NCBI GenBank assembly: GCA_012026655.1
Contig: JAAILG010000164.1
Span: 1 to 64,000, forward strand
Length of the DNA: 64,000 nucleotides
Source: Hydrolagus affinis
Taxonomy: Eukaryota
Direction of reading: 5' to 3'
Under the pieces are notes generated by a model. That model was not told the DNA's origin and did no database searches. It was given only the letters and a program-made list of their open reading frames with translations. The position numbers and the translations under genes were made by a program. Of the stretch, positions 1 to 10,849 are shown one piece after another (positions within the stretch are counted from its first letter, which is position 1; each line of letters starts with the position of its first letter).

Positions 1-143
1 CTGCCTCTCTCTCTCCCTACCTACCTGTCTCTCCTGTCTCTCCTCTATTCTGCCGGCAACATCATCGAAAATGCTTCCGTTTTTTTTTCGCCAAGAAAAG
101 GTCAAAAGTGGGGGGTGCGCCTTATACGCGGAGATATACGGTA
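1..143. mobile_element. Right end of a Tc1/mariner-superfamily (pogo/Tc2-like) non-autonomous DNA transposon, cut by the window edge
   Basis: Ends GGGGTGCGCCTTATACGCGGAGATATACGG followed by TA. The reverse complement CCGTATATCTCCGCGTATAAGGCGCACC has the CCGTAT... terminal pattern of pogo/Tc2-type TIRs. CpGs are retained; the partner TIR is not in the window. Confidence 0.55.
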
Positions 144-199
144 CTAAGGCTAAAGTAGCAGGACCCGTGTTTATCAATTTAATAAAGTTTGGGTTGTGG

Positions 200-530
200 G
201 TGAGTGGTAACATTTTCACCTCTGGTGAAGAGGGTTGTGGGATTCAACCCCACATTGTGTCTTTAAGCTCACAGTGCAGCATTAGGAAAACACTGCATTG
301 GCCTTTAAATTCACATTCACCAAGAACCCATTTAGCTGCTCACATGAACTTTAAACGTCTCATGGCACAAATCCAAAGGAAAAGGGAATTTATCTTGGTG
401 TCTTGGCCAACAATCCTCCAAATAGACTGATCATTCATCTTCTGGCTGTTGGTGGGCCTGGAGGTCTGCAAATAAGCTCATTGTTTGCCTATAAGTACAC
501 AATAATTACCTACATAATGCTTTAACATGT
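200..530 (+). mobile_element. Old Deu-domain SINE copy, degraded
   Basis: Contains ...catggcacaaatccaaggaaaagggaatttatcttggtgtcttggccaacaatcc... and gctgttggtggg, collinear with the better copies at 5830-6270 and 24700-25148. Confidence 0.6.
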
Positions 531-784
531 TTTAATATTATCTGCTGCAATACTACAGTAATACGATGTTTAAGATCCATATAATCCCGAATTGCACTAT
601 AGTAAAGCACAATAACCAGTCTCTTTGTTTATTTATAGAGCCGGCCAACATGTTCCTGGGGTGCCAGGTTCCTATGCTAATAATATAATAATTCTTGAGT
701 CTAATTTTATTCTCCTAACTGCAGTTCAAGATGAGATTAGCCTGGTCAGAATGGGCCAGGATTTCTTATTATAAATCTATTATC

Positions 785-1400
785 ATTCACACATCTAGGC
801 TCGACATCTAGGTTCGACTACACTAACCCCCTGTTTGTCGGCCTTCCCAACTCTTCCTTCCACAAATTGCAGATCATCCAGAACTCTGGAGCTCACGTCC
901 TTTCCTGCACCAGGCTCCATACCACTATCAACCCCAGCCTTGCCTGGTTACACTGGCTCCTCATCCTTCAGAGGATAGAGTGCAAAATCCTCATCCTTCT
1001 CTTCAAAGCCTCCAGCGCCTTGTTCCTTCCTACCTCTGTGAACTGATAATATCATATCAACCGGTCTGCTCCTTCCACTCAGCAGACTCTAGCCTATTCC
1101 ATATCCCCTACGTGACACAGCCCACCATTGGTAGGTGGGTGTTCATCCTCTCTACCCCCACCCATTAGAACTCTATGCCAAGGTCCCTTCAACTTGCTCT
1201 CTCCCTTGCATCCTTCAAGGTACGTCTGAAGACCCTCCTCGTTGACCGCACCTTCGGTCACCCTACTACCACTACCCTCCCTGGCCTCCACTTCTCCTGA
1301 TCCGAACCCCCTGCTTGGGTCCAAATCCCTGACTGTCCAGCACCTAGAGACATCTTCCTGTTGTGAAAGGCATTATACAAGGATAATTTGTTGTTATTGT
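785..1400 (+). mobile_element. L2-clade LINE 3' fragment (end of ORF2 plus tail)
   Basis: Homologous to 43005-43643: SRLD/LQIIQNS/LHWL-coding remnants. Tail is ...gaaaggcattatacaaggataatttgttgttattgt. Confidence 0.85.
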
Positions 1401-1714
1401 CAAAAATGCATCGTTAGCAAATGGTGTTTGACGGATCTTCTTATATAACCCAAGACAGACCCAGGATCATTTCCCCACTCTTTCCTCAGTCAGCTGACTT
1501 CCAATATTTTAACAATATTTTTTTCAATACTTCAGTAGCCTAGAGATAACTTGCATTTATATATTTCAATTCCTGCTGCAATAGTTAGAAGTGGGACTCC
1601 TTTAGTCATTCAATTTTAGTGGTAATTTTTGTGAAAGTCCGAATTTTTGTTCACACACATCAATCTCAATATACCAATGTTACTCTTTACTGAGCTGTCA
1701 GTCACAATGTTAAT

Positions 1715-2095
1715 AATAGTACTAACCCTTGCAATTGATACAGCGCCTTATCATAGCATTGAGACATCTCAAAGTAGTTCACAGAATTTACTGTGAAGTG
1801 TAGTGACTGTGTATATGTAGAAGAATGTGGCAGCCAATTTTTGAAAAACAATTCTCACAAACAGACATGAAGTGAATGACCCTTTTTTTATTTTGAAGAA
1901 TTGTTGATCATGTCACCAGGACAAACGTCCTTCTTTTTTTGAGTGGGATCTTTAAGGTCCACCCAATTGGACAAGAGGGGACCTGGCAGCTGAAAAAACA
2001 TGGCAACTGAAGGTTGGCAGCTCTAACAATGCAGCACTGCGCTGGAGTGTCAACCTGGACAGTGAGTTCAAAGTCTCGATGGGACTTGATATTAA
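1715..2095 (-). mobile_element. Deu-domain SINE copy with L2-type tail
   Basis: Reverse complement carries tgcattgttagagctgcc..., ggaccttaaagatccca..., cctggtgaca, and the tail ...gagatgtctcaatgctatgataaggcgctgtatcaattgcaagg. Confidence 0.7.
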
Positions 2096-2992
2096 AGGCA
2101 AGGGAAGGCTGATCAAATTCACTCAGATTGGTAAATGAGATACAGTGTTCTAAATGGGATAATCTTTATTGAGGAATCAGAGAGTAAGAGCAATCAGTGT
2201 CCATGGAAACGTACCCCAGGAGAAAGAAAAATGGGTCAAAAATCTTGAGAAGAGAAACAAGAAGGAAAATTGAAGCAAAGAACTGCTGGGAGGTTAATAA
2301 GGAATATTACAATTAGACCTCTATCAGTGTACCAATCTCGGTGAATTTGGTCAGCCTTCTCTTTTCTTTTCTTTAAATCATTGTCATGGCAACTCTACCA
2401 CGAGCAATATCGGTGTGTAGAGATTCATGTTTGCAGGATTACATTTGGCTTTGGTCAAATAGGTCTACTGTTAAATCCCTTTTTAAAAAAAATAACCTTT
2501 AGATCACCTCCTTTTCATTTAAAGACCCCAGAAAACATTCCAATCAGAATTCCTGCCAACCCATTGGAATTCTGTCTTGGAAGTACATTCTTTTGTAATA
2601 GGATTCTGTAGGATCAGCATGAGGTACTTTGGATAGCCGAATGTATCCGCTTTTACAAACTCGGATTCTTATTCTGGAATGCTGTCAAGAAACAGCACAA
2701 ATTAGTCTCCATTTGCACACTGCGGAATGTGCTTATATGCCACCACTTTTGATCTAACTCAGGTTCTTTTGAGAAGGCATAATGAATTCAGGGACACAGA
2801 CTCGTACGCCATAAAATGAACATCACACGCCTTCGGAGAATCGTGACCTTTCCGATTTATTTTGTTAAAAGAAAGAATAAATTATATTTTTCAGCAGAAC
2901 TATTGAATAATGAAAAGTAAAAAGTTTAAAGAAAGCTTCCACAGCAGAAGCTGATAGGTCACCTTTCAATTATAATTAATTTCTTCATTTGT

Positions 2993-3011
2993 GTTCGACT
3001 AGATGGCGCTC
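2993..3011 (+). promoter_or_regulatory. CTCF-like binding motif
   Basis: GTTCGACTAGATGGCGCTC closely matches the CTCF core CCAC/GYAGRKGGCRS. It lies in unique sequence and retains CpGs. Motif match only. Confidence 0.5.
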
Positions 3012-3197
3012 CAGATTTCACTATTTGTAGATTTGAGAGATGCAGAACAGTGCACAAAAATTTACTTTGTGTTGCATAAGCTTTTGAAAATTGGAAGCTA
3101 AAAAACAGTGATTTTTTTGGGGGTGGTTGAGGGTCAAAAGTGTTTTCACTTCTACACTACTGGTATTGTCAGGGAAATGGCCTTTCTCTCTGGGCTG

Positions 3198-3340
3198 AAT
3201 AATACTTGCATCTGATCCTCATCACGTCTTTGAGACATCTCAAAGAACTTCGCAGAATATTTCCAGTATATTCTGTGAAGCGCTTTGAGATGTCTAGAGG
3301 ATTTGAAAAGCGCTATATCAAATGCATGGATTATCATTAT
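3198..3340. repeat. Head-to-head (fold-back) pair of SINE/L2-type 3' tails
   Basis: 3233-3260 agacatctcaaagaacttcgcagaatat pairs with 3268-3295 atattctgtgaagcgctttgagatgtct (25/28) around a 7-nt loop. Both arms continue into ...tgcaa(g)/ttatt tails. Confidence 0.7.
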
Positions 3341-3474
3341 TGCACTGTAAAGTGTATCTTTTTGTGAGCAAAACACATTTGTATAAACACTAAGGTAATA
3401 CTGTACTGCAAGTGCGAGAAGTTGCTTTATTTTTATATTAACCCTAAAGCTGACAAATACACACACACATATAA

Positions 3475-3700
3475 CTGGCGGTGTGAGACAGTGGCGGAGC
3501 TGGGCAATGTTGCGGAGATGGGGGAGGCAGAGCAGGATAGAAAGGATAGCTATGGGTCGATAAAGACGCCAAGGTTCCCGACTGGTTCAGTGAGGCAGAG
3601 TGTGTGCCCGTGGATGTTCATGGTGTCAGAGCCTGAGGTGTGGAGGTGCTGACGGGAGCGAATCAGGAGGCACTCAGTCTTGTTGACGTTCAATTATCAT
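3475..3700 (-). mobile_element. L2 ORF2 fragment
   Basis: Reverse complement encodes remnants like QLNVNKTECLL ... HLRNIAQLRHCLT, homologous to 42735-42975. Confidence 0.75.
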
Positions 3701-3869
3701 TTAAGAAACAGTTTGATGCTGTACAGGAATCAATAGGGTATTCCAGAAGAATACGACAAACTGGTCACACCGACCTTTTTCATTTATACATCCCTTGTGA
3801 TCGTGTGACATGTAATTTATAGCTGGAAGAGAAGATTCAAACCTTCTTTCCATGAATCTATAACCCCTA

Positions 3870-4310
3870 ACCATACCCGGCTCCATTGATTCCCCTCCCC
3901 TAGCGGATCGGGTTCAAGGTCATCCTAACCTTTAATTTCTTGAATACAAACCCTGCAAACTGGTCAGTCTCTCGACTCAGTGAGCACTAGACAGCTCAAT
4001 GACCCCTGTTCCCCTGCCCTACTATCAGCAGTCAGGCTTTCACTGTATCTGCTACCCCGCACCCTGTAATTCCACCCAGGTGTTCCTTCATCCCATCCCT
4101 TCCTTTGGCTCCTCCTTCACGTTCTGTTTTAAGACCTTCTTCTTTGACCATGTTTTTGGACATTTTACCCCCCTCGTCCTGTCCAGTTCACCCCCTCATC
4201 CTGACCTCCTCATAACCCACCTCCAACTTGGGTGCAAGACAGTCTAGCACCGTTCAACATCCATCTGGCACGAAAGACGATTTATAAATGGACATTTGCA
4301 TTAAATTACA
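3870..4310 (+). mobile_element. Old L2 3' fragment
   Basis: ctccattgattcccctc...ttcaaggtcatcct...aagaccttcttctttgaccatg... followed by a degenerate tail, collinear with 43150-43640. Confidence 0.7.
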
Positions 4311-5293
4311 TTGTATTGCTTTAAGACTAGTTAGCCACAATATGAGTGTAACGCCCGCTTAGTGAGGATTAGGCTTCTTTAGCAAACATTGTAGAAAAGT
4401 CAGGAGTCACAGTATTTTCAGTCCCAAGCAGGTCTGTCAGAAAGAAAGAAATGATCTCTCTGCATCTGCAAAGAAGCAGCCAGAATGCGGTGGGACCTGA
4501 GACAGCCAGGAACGCCAAATAAACCGATTCAAAGTGGAGCCGTGGCATAAGTCAACCCGAGAGTGTCAGGGCTTTGAGGGGAGGCAAGGGATAGGAGGCA
4601 AGTGCACGTGAGGTCAGTTCAGACTCCCGGTACAGACAGCTGACAGCAGCCAGCACTGGGAATAAGAGGTCAGGACTGCAACCATCAGATCAAATGCAGA
4701 AAATTGCAAGGGGAAGAAAAAAAATCAGCAGAGAAGGGTCAGGTTGAGATAAGTGTAATTAGTCACGGGCAATTTTGCTGCAGTTCCCATGGAAACCATT
4801 CTACCTCCACTGTACTGGCTACAGTCGCTCTGACACTTCCTTGGGATTCGGTGGTTTATTGTTTGTTATTAAGACCTTTTGTTTGAACAAAAACAATTTT
4901 AAGGAAGTAAATTGACCAGCAGCTTAGTCTGACTTCCTAATGCAGAGGCAGTGCTCTCTTTTGGGGCTCTCACACCTGGGGATTTTGTGAAAGAAAGACA
5001 CAGCAAAATGGTTTGTGAGTTTCAACTCAGCACCATCTGTATCTGATCTGAAACTTTGTCATCCACCAGTGCTTTACTTGGATTAAGCAACACTAAAATT
5101 CCTGAATTAATGCAATATGATGGGCAATGATGGGCTTCTTTGGGACTGGGGTTGCCTTTCTCTTTCTAAGATCTATAATCTTAGAAAGGGATATTTTTAG
5201 ATTTTTTGACTTTTTTGTAGTTCTGTTTTTCTCTTTACTCACTTTCTTGAAATACTTATTAATTCTTCTCACCCTATTATTTGGGTACACTAC

Positions 5294-5571
5294 GGTTCTG
5301 TAAATTCCAGTTTCCCGCAAACGTGAGCAGGTCAGAGCGAAACCTTGTGCAAATTTCCTTACTCCACACACCTGATAAGAAGCAAAAAAACAATAATAAT
5401 TTGGTCATTCAACTCAAGACTGTTTGTGAGACACTGCTGTGCGCAATTGGCTGCTGCGTTTCGGCCACAAAAAATGCAGTCAATTCACTTTACAGTATAT
5501 TCTGTGAAGGGCTTTGAGACATCTAGAAGACATGAAATGCACTATATCAAATGCAAGGGTTATTATTATTA
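5294..5571 (+). mobile_element. tRNA-headed SINE, short subfamily (head degraded)
   Basis: gcgaaaccttgtgcaaatttccttactccacacacctgataag...ttggtcattcaac...gtcaattcactttacagtatattctgtgaag...tatcaaatgcaagggttattattatt. Confidence 0.85.
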
Positions 5572-5829
5572 ATAGTTGAAATGACTTGCAATTCCGAGTG
5601 GGGGGCAACCTGTGGCTGGGGTTGGAAGTGGCCACCTTAACATTTGCACTAGGCTAGATAAGTCCGTGTTCGATCAATAGTGTGTTTTCAGCATTTTCTG
5701 GCACAAAGCATATATCAAAAAATATTCAAGTAAGAAAGTTTATTTTGTTGGCCCACAGTGGAGGTTTATTACCACTATGAAATATGGTGAAGTAAAGTTG
5801 TGTACTGATCAAATATACAAGCTCCAATC

Positions 5830-6270
5830 TAGCTCATTTAGTAGAACTCTTGTCTGTAAGTCAGATGGTTGTTATTTTATACTCCACATTGGGACTTAGT
5901 ACTAAGCTGACGTTCCAGACCTATGCTGGAGGCGTGCTGCATTCCTGGAGGTGTCATCCTTTGGATGAGACATTAAACTGGGGTCCTGTCTCCCTGTTTA
6001 GTTGAAGATTAAAAATCCCATACACAGATTGATAAGAGAAGGGAGTTTCGTTCGGTATCTTGGCCAACAATATGCTAGATAAAAATAATTGGTCATTCAC
6101 ATCATGGTTGTTTGTTGGATATTGTTTTATGCAAATTGCCTCCTGTGTTTTCCTACAAACAAACAATCAGTACAATTTGCAGTAAAATATCTTGTAAAAT
6201 GCTTTAGGACATCTGGATAACATAATAAGGAGTTACATCAAATGCAAGCATTATTATTATTAATATTATT
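5830..6270 (+). mobile_element. Deu-domain SINE (AmnSINE1/SacSINE1-type central domain), near full length
   Basis: gctgcattcctggaggtgtcatcctttggatgagacattaaactggggtcctgtctccctgtttagttgaagattaaaaatccca...gggagtttc...ggtatcttggccaacaat matches the Deu-domain pattern as I recall it. Ends in the L2-type tail caaatgcaagcattattattat. Confidence 0.75.
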
Positions 6271-7036
6271 ACTGTACTAAACAAGTTATAGGCAGAACCA
6301 GGAAATGCATTATAATATAATAATACATCCATTTGGTATAGCGTCTTATCACATGATCGAAACGTCTGATTATTAATTAAGATAATAAATAGAGTATGGT
6401 CTTGAACAGAACAATTATATTGTTAATACAGCAGGATATAGAACGACATCACATCGAAGCAATCATATTATTTTTCCATTTGCACTGGTTTTTAGAATAC
6501 CAAAAATATATATGTGGATCTCTGAGTCTAGTTGATATTCTCTGAAGCACGGTGATGTTTTTCCATATGTGTCAGACATGCGGCTGATCCAAAAAATACC
6601 CAAACTTACTTTGTTCCTAGTGGAAAGAGAAAAACAAATTGGAAATCCTAAACTAAAACAAAGAAAGCTTGTGTCTGTAAAATGTAAGAGAGAATTAATG
6701 ATTTGGCAAAGAAATTAATCGATTGAAAAACGATTGGAGAAATCAATTGAAACCAGCTCGGTCTCCTCCTCTTTCCCACCCCCACCCTCTCTTGTCTTCT
6801 CTGTGCTTATACAACATTTCAAAGTCTGTCTAGACCCCACATATTATCAATAGCTCTTCAGCCCCTCTTGTGTGGTTGCAGTTGATAGATGTTACTCATT
6901 TAATCTTAATGCCTTTCCTTTCCTGTTTTGCTCCTACTTGTCCATATCCACCCTATGAAGTGGCCTCTGCAGCCACATCGTTCCAGTTCTTATGAAGTGT
7001 CACACCAGAATTGTTAACCTGTCTTCCTCCTTATGA

Positions 7037-7400
7037 AGTCCTGTAGCTCAGTGGTTAGAGCACTCGTCTCACAGCAAGAGACCTGGGACCTGACTAGGGT
7101 GAAATGTTGAGCAAGTTTCCTTACTCCACATGTCTCTATTTACCTAGCAGTAAGTAGGAACCCGGTTGTTAGTTGATTGGCGAATTGCTTTTCCAGGGGT
7201 AATAATTCCTTAAAAAAATAATGATAATAAATTGGTCACTGCAATCCACGACTGCTGTGCGCAATTGGCTGCCGGGTTTTGCCCACAAAATATACAGTCA
7301 ATTCAATTTACAGTATATTCTAGCAAGTGCTTTCAGGCGTCTCGAAGACACAATAAGGCACTATATAAATGAAAGGATTTGAAAAAAATTATTTTATTAT
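7037..7400 (+). mobile_element. tRNA-headed SINE, long (CORE-like) subfamily
   Basis: A-box head gtcctgtagctcagtggttagagcactcg; gcaagtttccttactccacatgtctctatttacctagcagtaagtaggaaccc block; shared 3' body and tail. Confidence 0.9.
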
Positions 7401-8210
7401 TGCAGATCATGATCTACATGGAGTATATTTACAGCATTTCTCTGTTTGTGTTTCACATTTCCAGCATTTGACTGCTGTTTTTGTATCTACCATACAGACT
7501 CCTTGTTATGGATTGTTTTTGTACAGATGTAAATGTGAAGATGTGCAATCAAATAGAAATAAATCGGCTGCAGTGATTAGTTTTGACTCCCTCCCCCCCC
7601 CCATACCTCCCCCACCTCCACCTCAACCTCTCCCACCCTAGTCAGATAGTGGTATCTGCACTCAGGAATATTCTTTTTGATCTCCACCTTGTCTGATCAT
7701 TGTTAAGCAACTGGTTTCAAAAAGTATAGTTGTAGCCAGCTTTACAGGTTTGAATGTGAATGATTCGACCCCCAGGTCCTTCGGAGAGCAGACAATGTTA
7801 ACCAGAGGTGAGTGACAGGCCTCCCAGAGGAGTCTTAACACATTATGCTGCACATCACTGAAAGACACCGATCGTGGTTTTAAATGCGAGCTCTTGATTA
7901 GTTCCCGCATAGAAAAGGAACCTTTAATGAGCTGACAGAACCAGCATTCCATTTACTCATTAGGCACCATTAAAGCTTCAACGGCATTCTGAAGAGGAGC
8001 TCCATTAAGCCTGCATTCAAAATTCATCACTGCTGAAATACTGTGTTAACAAAAAGTCATGTTAGCACAGGTGCCCTCTAAAAACCTCTCTTCCAATGTA
8101 GGTTTTCTCCATTTCTTTCGAAACATGAGGATACCTAACGTTCATTCAAGTGGCAGAGACAAAGACCAGCCTTCAACGTGCTGGCGGTCTGGCTGGCTGG
8201 CTGGCTGGCT

Positions 8211-8370
8211 ATTTTTTTTCTGATCAGCCAGGTGCCTGACACCTGCAGAAATCTTTTGCCATACTTAAAGAGTATCCAAACCAGACTGAGAGCTCCACAT
8301 GCGTATGCTATCTATGCATTCAGACATCCCTGTGTCTGCCACTCGCTCCCTGAAGGGACAAATGTTGCTC
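8211..8370 (-). repeat. 3' part of unnamed ~400-bp dispersed repeat
   Basis: Reverse complement ...ctggtttggatactctttaagtatggcaaaagatttctgcaggtgtcaggcacctggctgatcagaaaaaaaa matches the family end at 61650-61717. Confidence 0.7.
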
Positions 8371-8384
8371 ATAGTTCCAAAAAA

Positions 8385-8790
8385 AATCGTTCATTTTCAA
8401 TCCACGACTGTTTGTGGGACACTGCTGTGCGCAACGTGTTTCGCCCACAAAATATACAGTCAATTCACTTTACAGTATAGTCTGTGAAGCGCTTTGGAAC
8501 GTCTAGGAGACATGAAAAGCGCTATATCAAATGCATTTATTATCTTATTTGTCAGGTGTCAGGTGCATGTTGGCAAGACACAAGACATGAAATGTCTAGA
8601 GTGTGTGCTAGAGTGTGTGCGGGAGTCTAACCACTGAGCTACTGGACTCCACAATTTTCAGCAGTGTCAAATCTTTTCTTTTGTTTTGCACACAAAATAT
8701 ACAGTCAATTCACTGTACAGTATAGATGAAGCACTTTGAGACATCTTGAAGGCATTTTATATCAAATGCAAGGATTATTATTATTGTATT
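8385..8790 (+). mobile_element. Two 5'-truncated tRNA-SINE 3' halves, with a small minus-strand head fragment at ~8627-8650
   Basis: tccacgactgtttgtgggacactgctgtgcgcaa...cagtcaattcactttacag...aagcgctatatcaaatgca occurs at ~8400-8545, with the tail again at ~8690-8790. Confidence 0.8.
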
Positions 8791-10046
8791 AGAAATTATT
8801 TTGGAAGTCTATCACAGAACAGTCACTTACCTCTCTGTAGGAAAAAAAAATCCAGCTGTTTGCTAGTCTGCATTAAAGCTTGTTAGTTTTAAACCCATGC
8901 CCACCGGGAGTATGCTCTTATGGTTCAAGCAAATAGCCTGACAGAGAAAGGAAAATAGACCAATAGACAGAGACACATATTGGAGAGGGTAATCTGTTAC
9001 TTAAGTGAGAAGCAAACTAAAATGCATTTTGCAAGTTACAGAAAAAGTATTGATTGCCCTCGGCGACTAAAACAAGTGAGTAAAACAAAAAATATCTAAA
9101 CTACTGGCGGCGGTGGTGGGGGCAAAGGGGAATGATTTGAGCTTTGAAAAGAGTGTGAGAATGAGTGAGTGCCATACGGAATATACCAGTTAAAGTATTG
9201 CCTAGTCGGACAAGCAGCTGTTGAAATTTTGCAGACTGGTTTCAGAAAGTATCTTGTTTACTGGGATGATCATATTGAGCCCTTGGGTTTTGCAATTATC
9301 TTTGGGGAAATCAATGTGTCAGGTTTCAGCTTGCATTTGCTGGGATGTGCCTGGATTCTGGCGGGTTAGATGTAAAGCCAATGAATCAATTATGGTATCA
9401 GCAATGAAACCTCACAGATCCCAGCGTAGCTATGACCTTGGACATGTCTTTGAGCACAAGCACCAACAACCCCCCAGGATGCCTCGCATCGCATTCTTTG
9501 TACCTGGAGGGGTAAACACTTGCCCTGAATCAGACATCTGCATTCTACGTGCACACTCTACTGTTTAATGGCAGGCAAAGTGTGGCACATTCATCCATTG
9601 CTAAGCCTAAAGAAATGGCCGATTGACTTTAAACATTGGTTGAACTTTTTTCATTTACATTTGCTCCAGAGTGTGATAGTTTGTTTGATTAATGGGCTCT
9701 GACACCTATGTGCAATATTTTATCAGTGGTGAGGTGAACTGACTTAGAGCCTCAGACAAGGTGAGCAATGCTAAACATGGCAAGCATGTCAAACGGGCTG
9801 TTCTTTTGAGAGGATTTAAATCCTCCCAACTCAAGGGACATCGCAGCACTGTGCACTGTGCAGCACTGTTACAAAGTACCCTCATTGTGCTAGAATTGTA
9901 CTTATTTATTTAACAATTTAAGTACTAATAACAACGCTGTGTGCGTTTAGGATGGAAAGTACTGTATTAGGAAATATTGCAGTATTGTTTCAGAATGTTA
10001 TCTTAACTGGGATGCATTGTGGAAAAAATCCATGTCAAGCAATGTA

Positions 10047-10707
10047 CAGGTACCCCGCCCCAACCGCAGCCTCGTCAACTGTGAAACTCACGCATCCACG
10101 GTTTGCTACATGCTACAACCCTTGCTAACCACGGCTTATAACCCTTGCTTATCCATGAGTTTTAACACTAACACTATCGTTTAGCGCTAGGACCCAGTTG
10201 CATCAACCGATGTTGCTTCGTGCTAGCGTATAGCGCTAGGACCCAGTTGCGATGTTGCAATCAATCAGCAACAACGCTTCTCTCTTAGAATTAAGGTAAA
10301 TAACATGAATTTATTGTCTGCATCCTTCTCTCTCTATGTGTAAGTGTATCATACAGAGATCTCTCTCTCTCTGACTCACCTTCCCTCTATTTCACCTTCT
10401 CTTCCCCCCACCACCCCCTCCCCCACTTCTCTCTCTCACCTTCTCTTCCCCCCACCCCACTTTCCCACACCCCCTCTCCCATCCCCCTTCTCTCTCTCAC
10501 CTTCTCTTCCCCCCACCCACCACTTCTCTCTCTCACCTTCTCTCTCTGATTCACCTTCCACCTTCTCTTTCTATTTAGTTTTACGATATGCGAACTTACT
10601 CCCCGTGTCCCCATGTTTCCCATAGGGCCCTGCATTTTCCAACCGCGATTTTACCAACAGCGGAGGTTTAGAGGAACGTAAACCCCACGGTTGGGGAGGG
10701 ATACCTG
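10047..10707. mobile_element. Tigger-like MITE (Tc1/mariner superfamily)
   Basis: TIRs CAGGTACCCCGCCCCAACCG / CGGTTGGGGAGGGATACCTG, flanked on both sides by TA (10045-46, 10708-09). No transposase ORF. Internal CT-rich expansion at 10360-10570. Confidence 0.9.
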
Positions 10708-10849
10708 TATTATGCATGTTATGTATGTGACAGGAGTATAAAGAGCATCATTTGGGTTGAAAAGTGCCTTACTTAAATAGGAATTTCAGGTGTTCTTGCG
10801 TATACATGTATTTCAGGAGGGCCGAGCAAGACACCTGGAATAAGTTGAA

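Noticed and set aside
7037-7110. tRNA gene-like sequence (and similar heads at 27732, 35112, 38221, 57961)
   Set aside because: These are SINE heads: A/B boxes are present, but each continues into the SINE body and lacks a complete acceptor stem.
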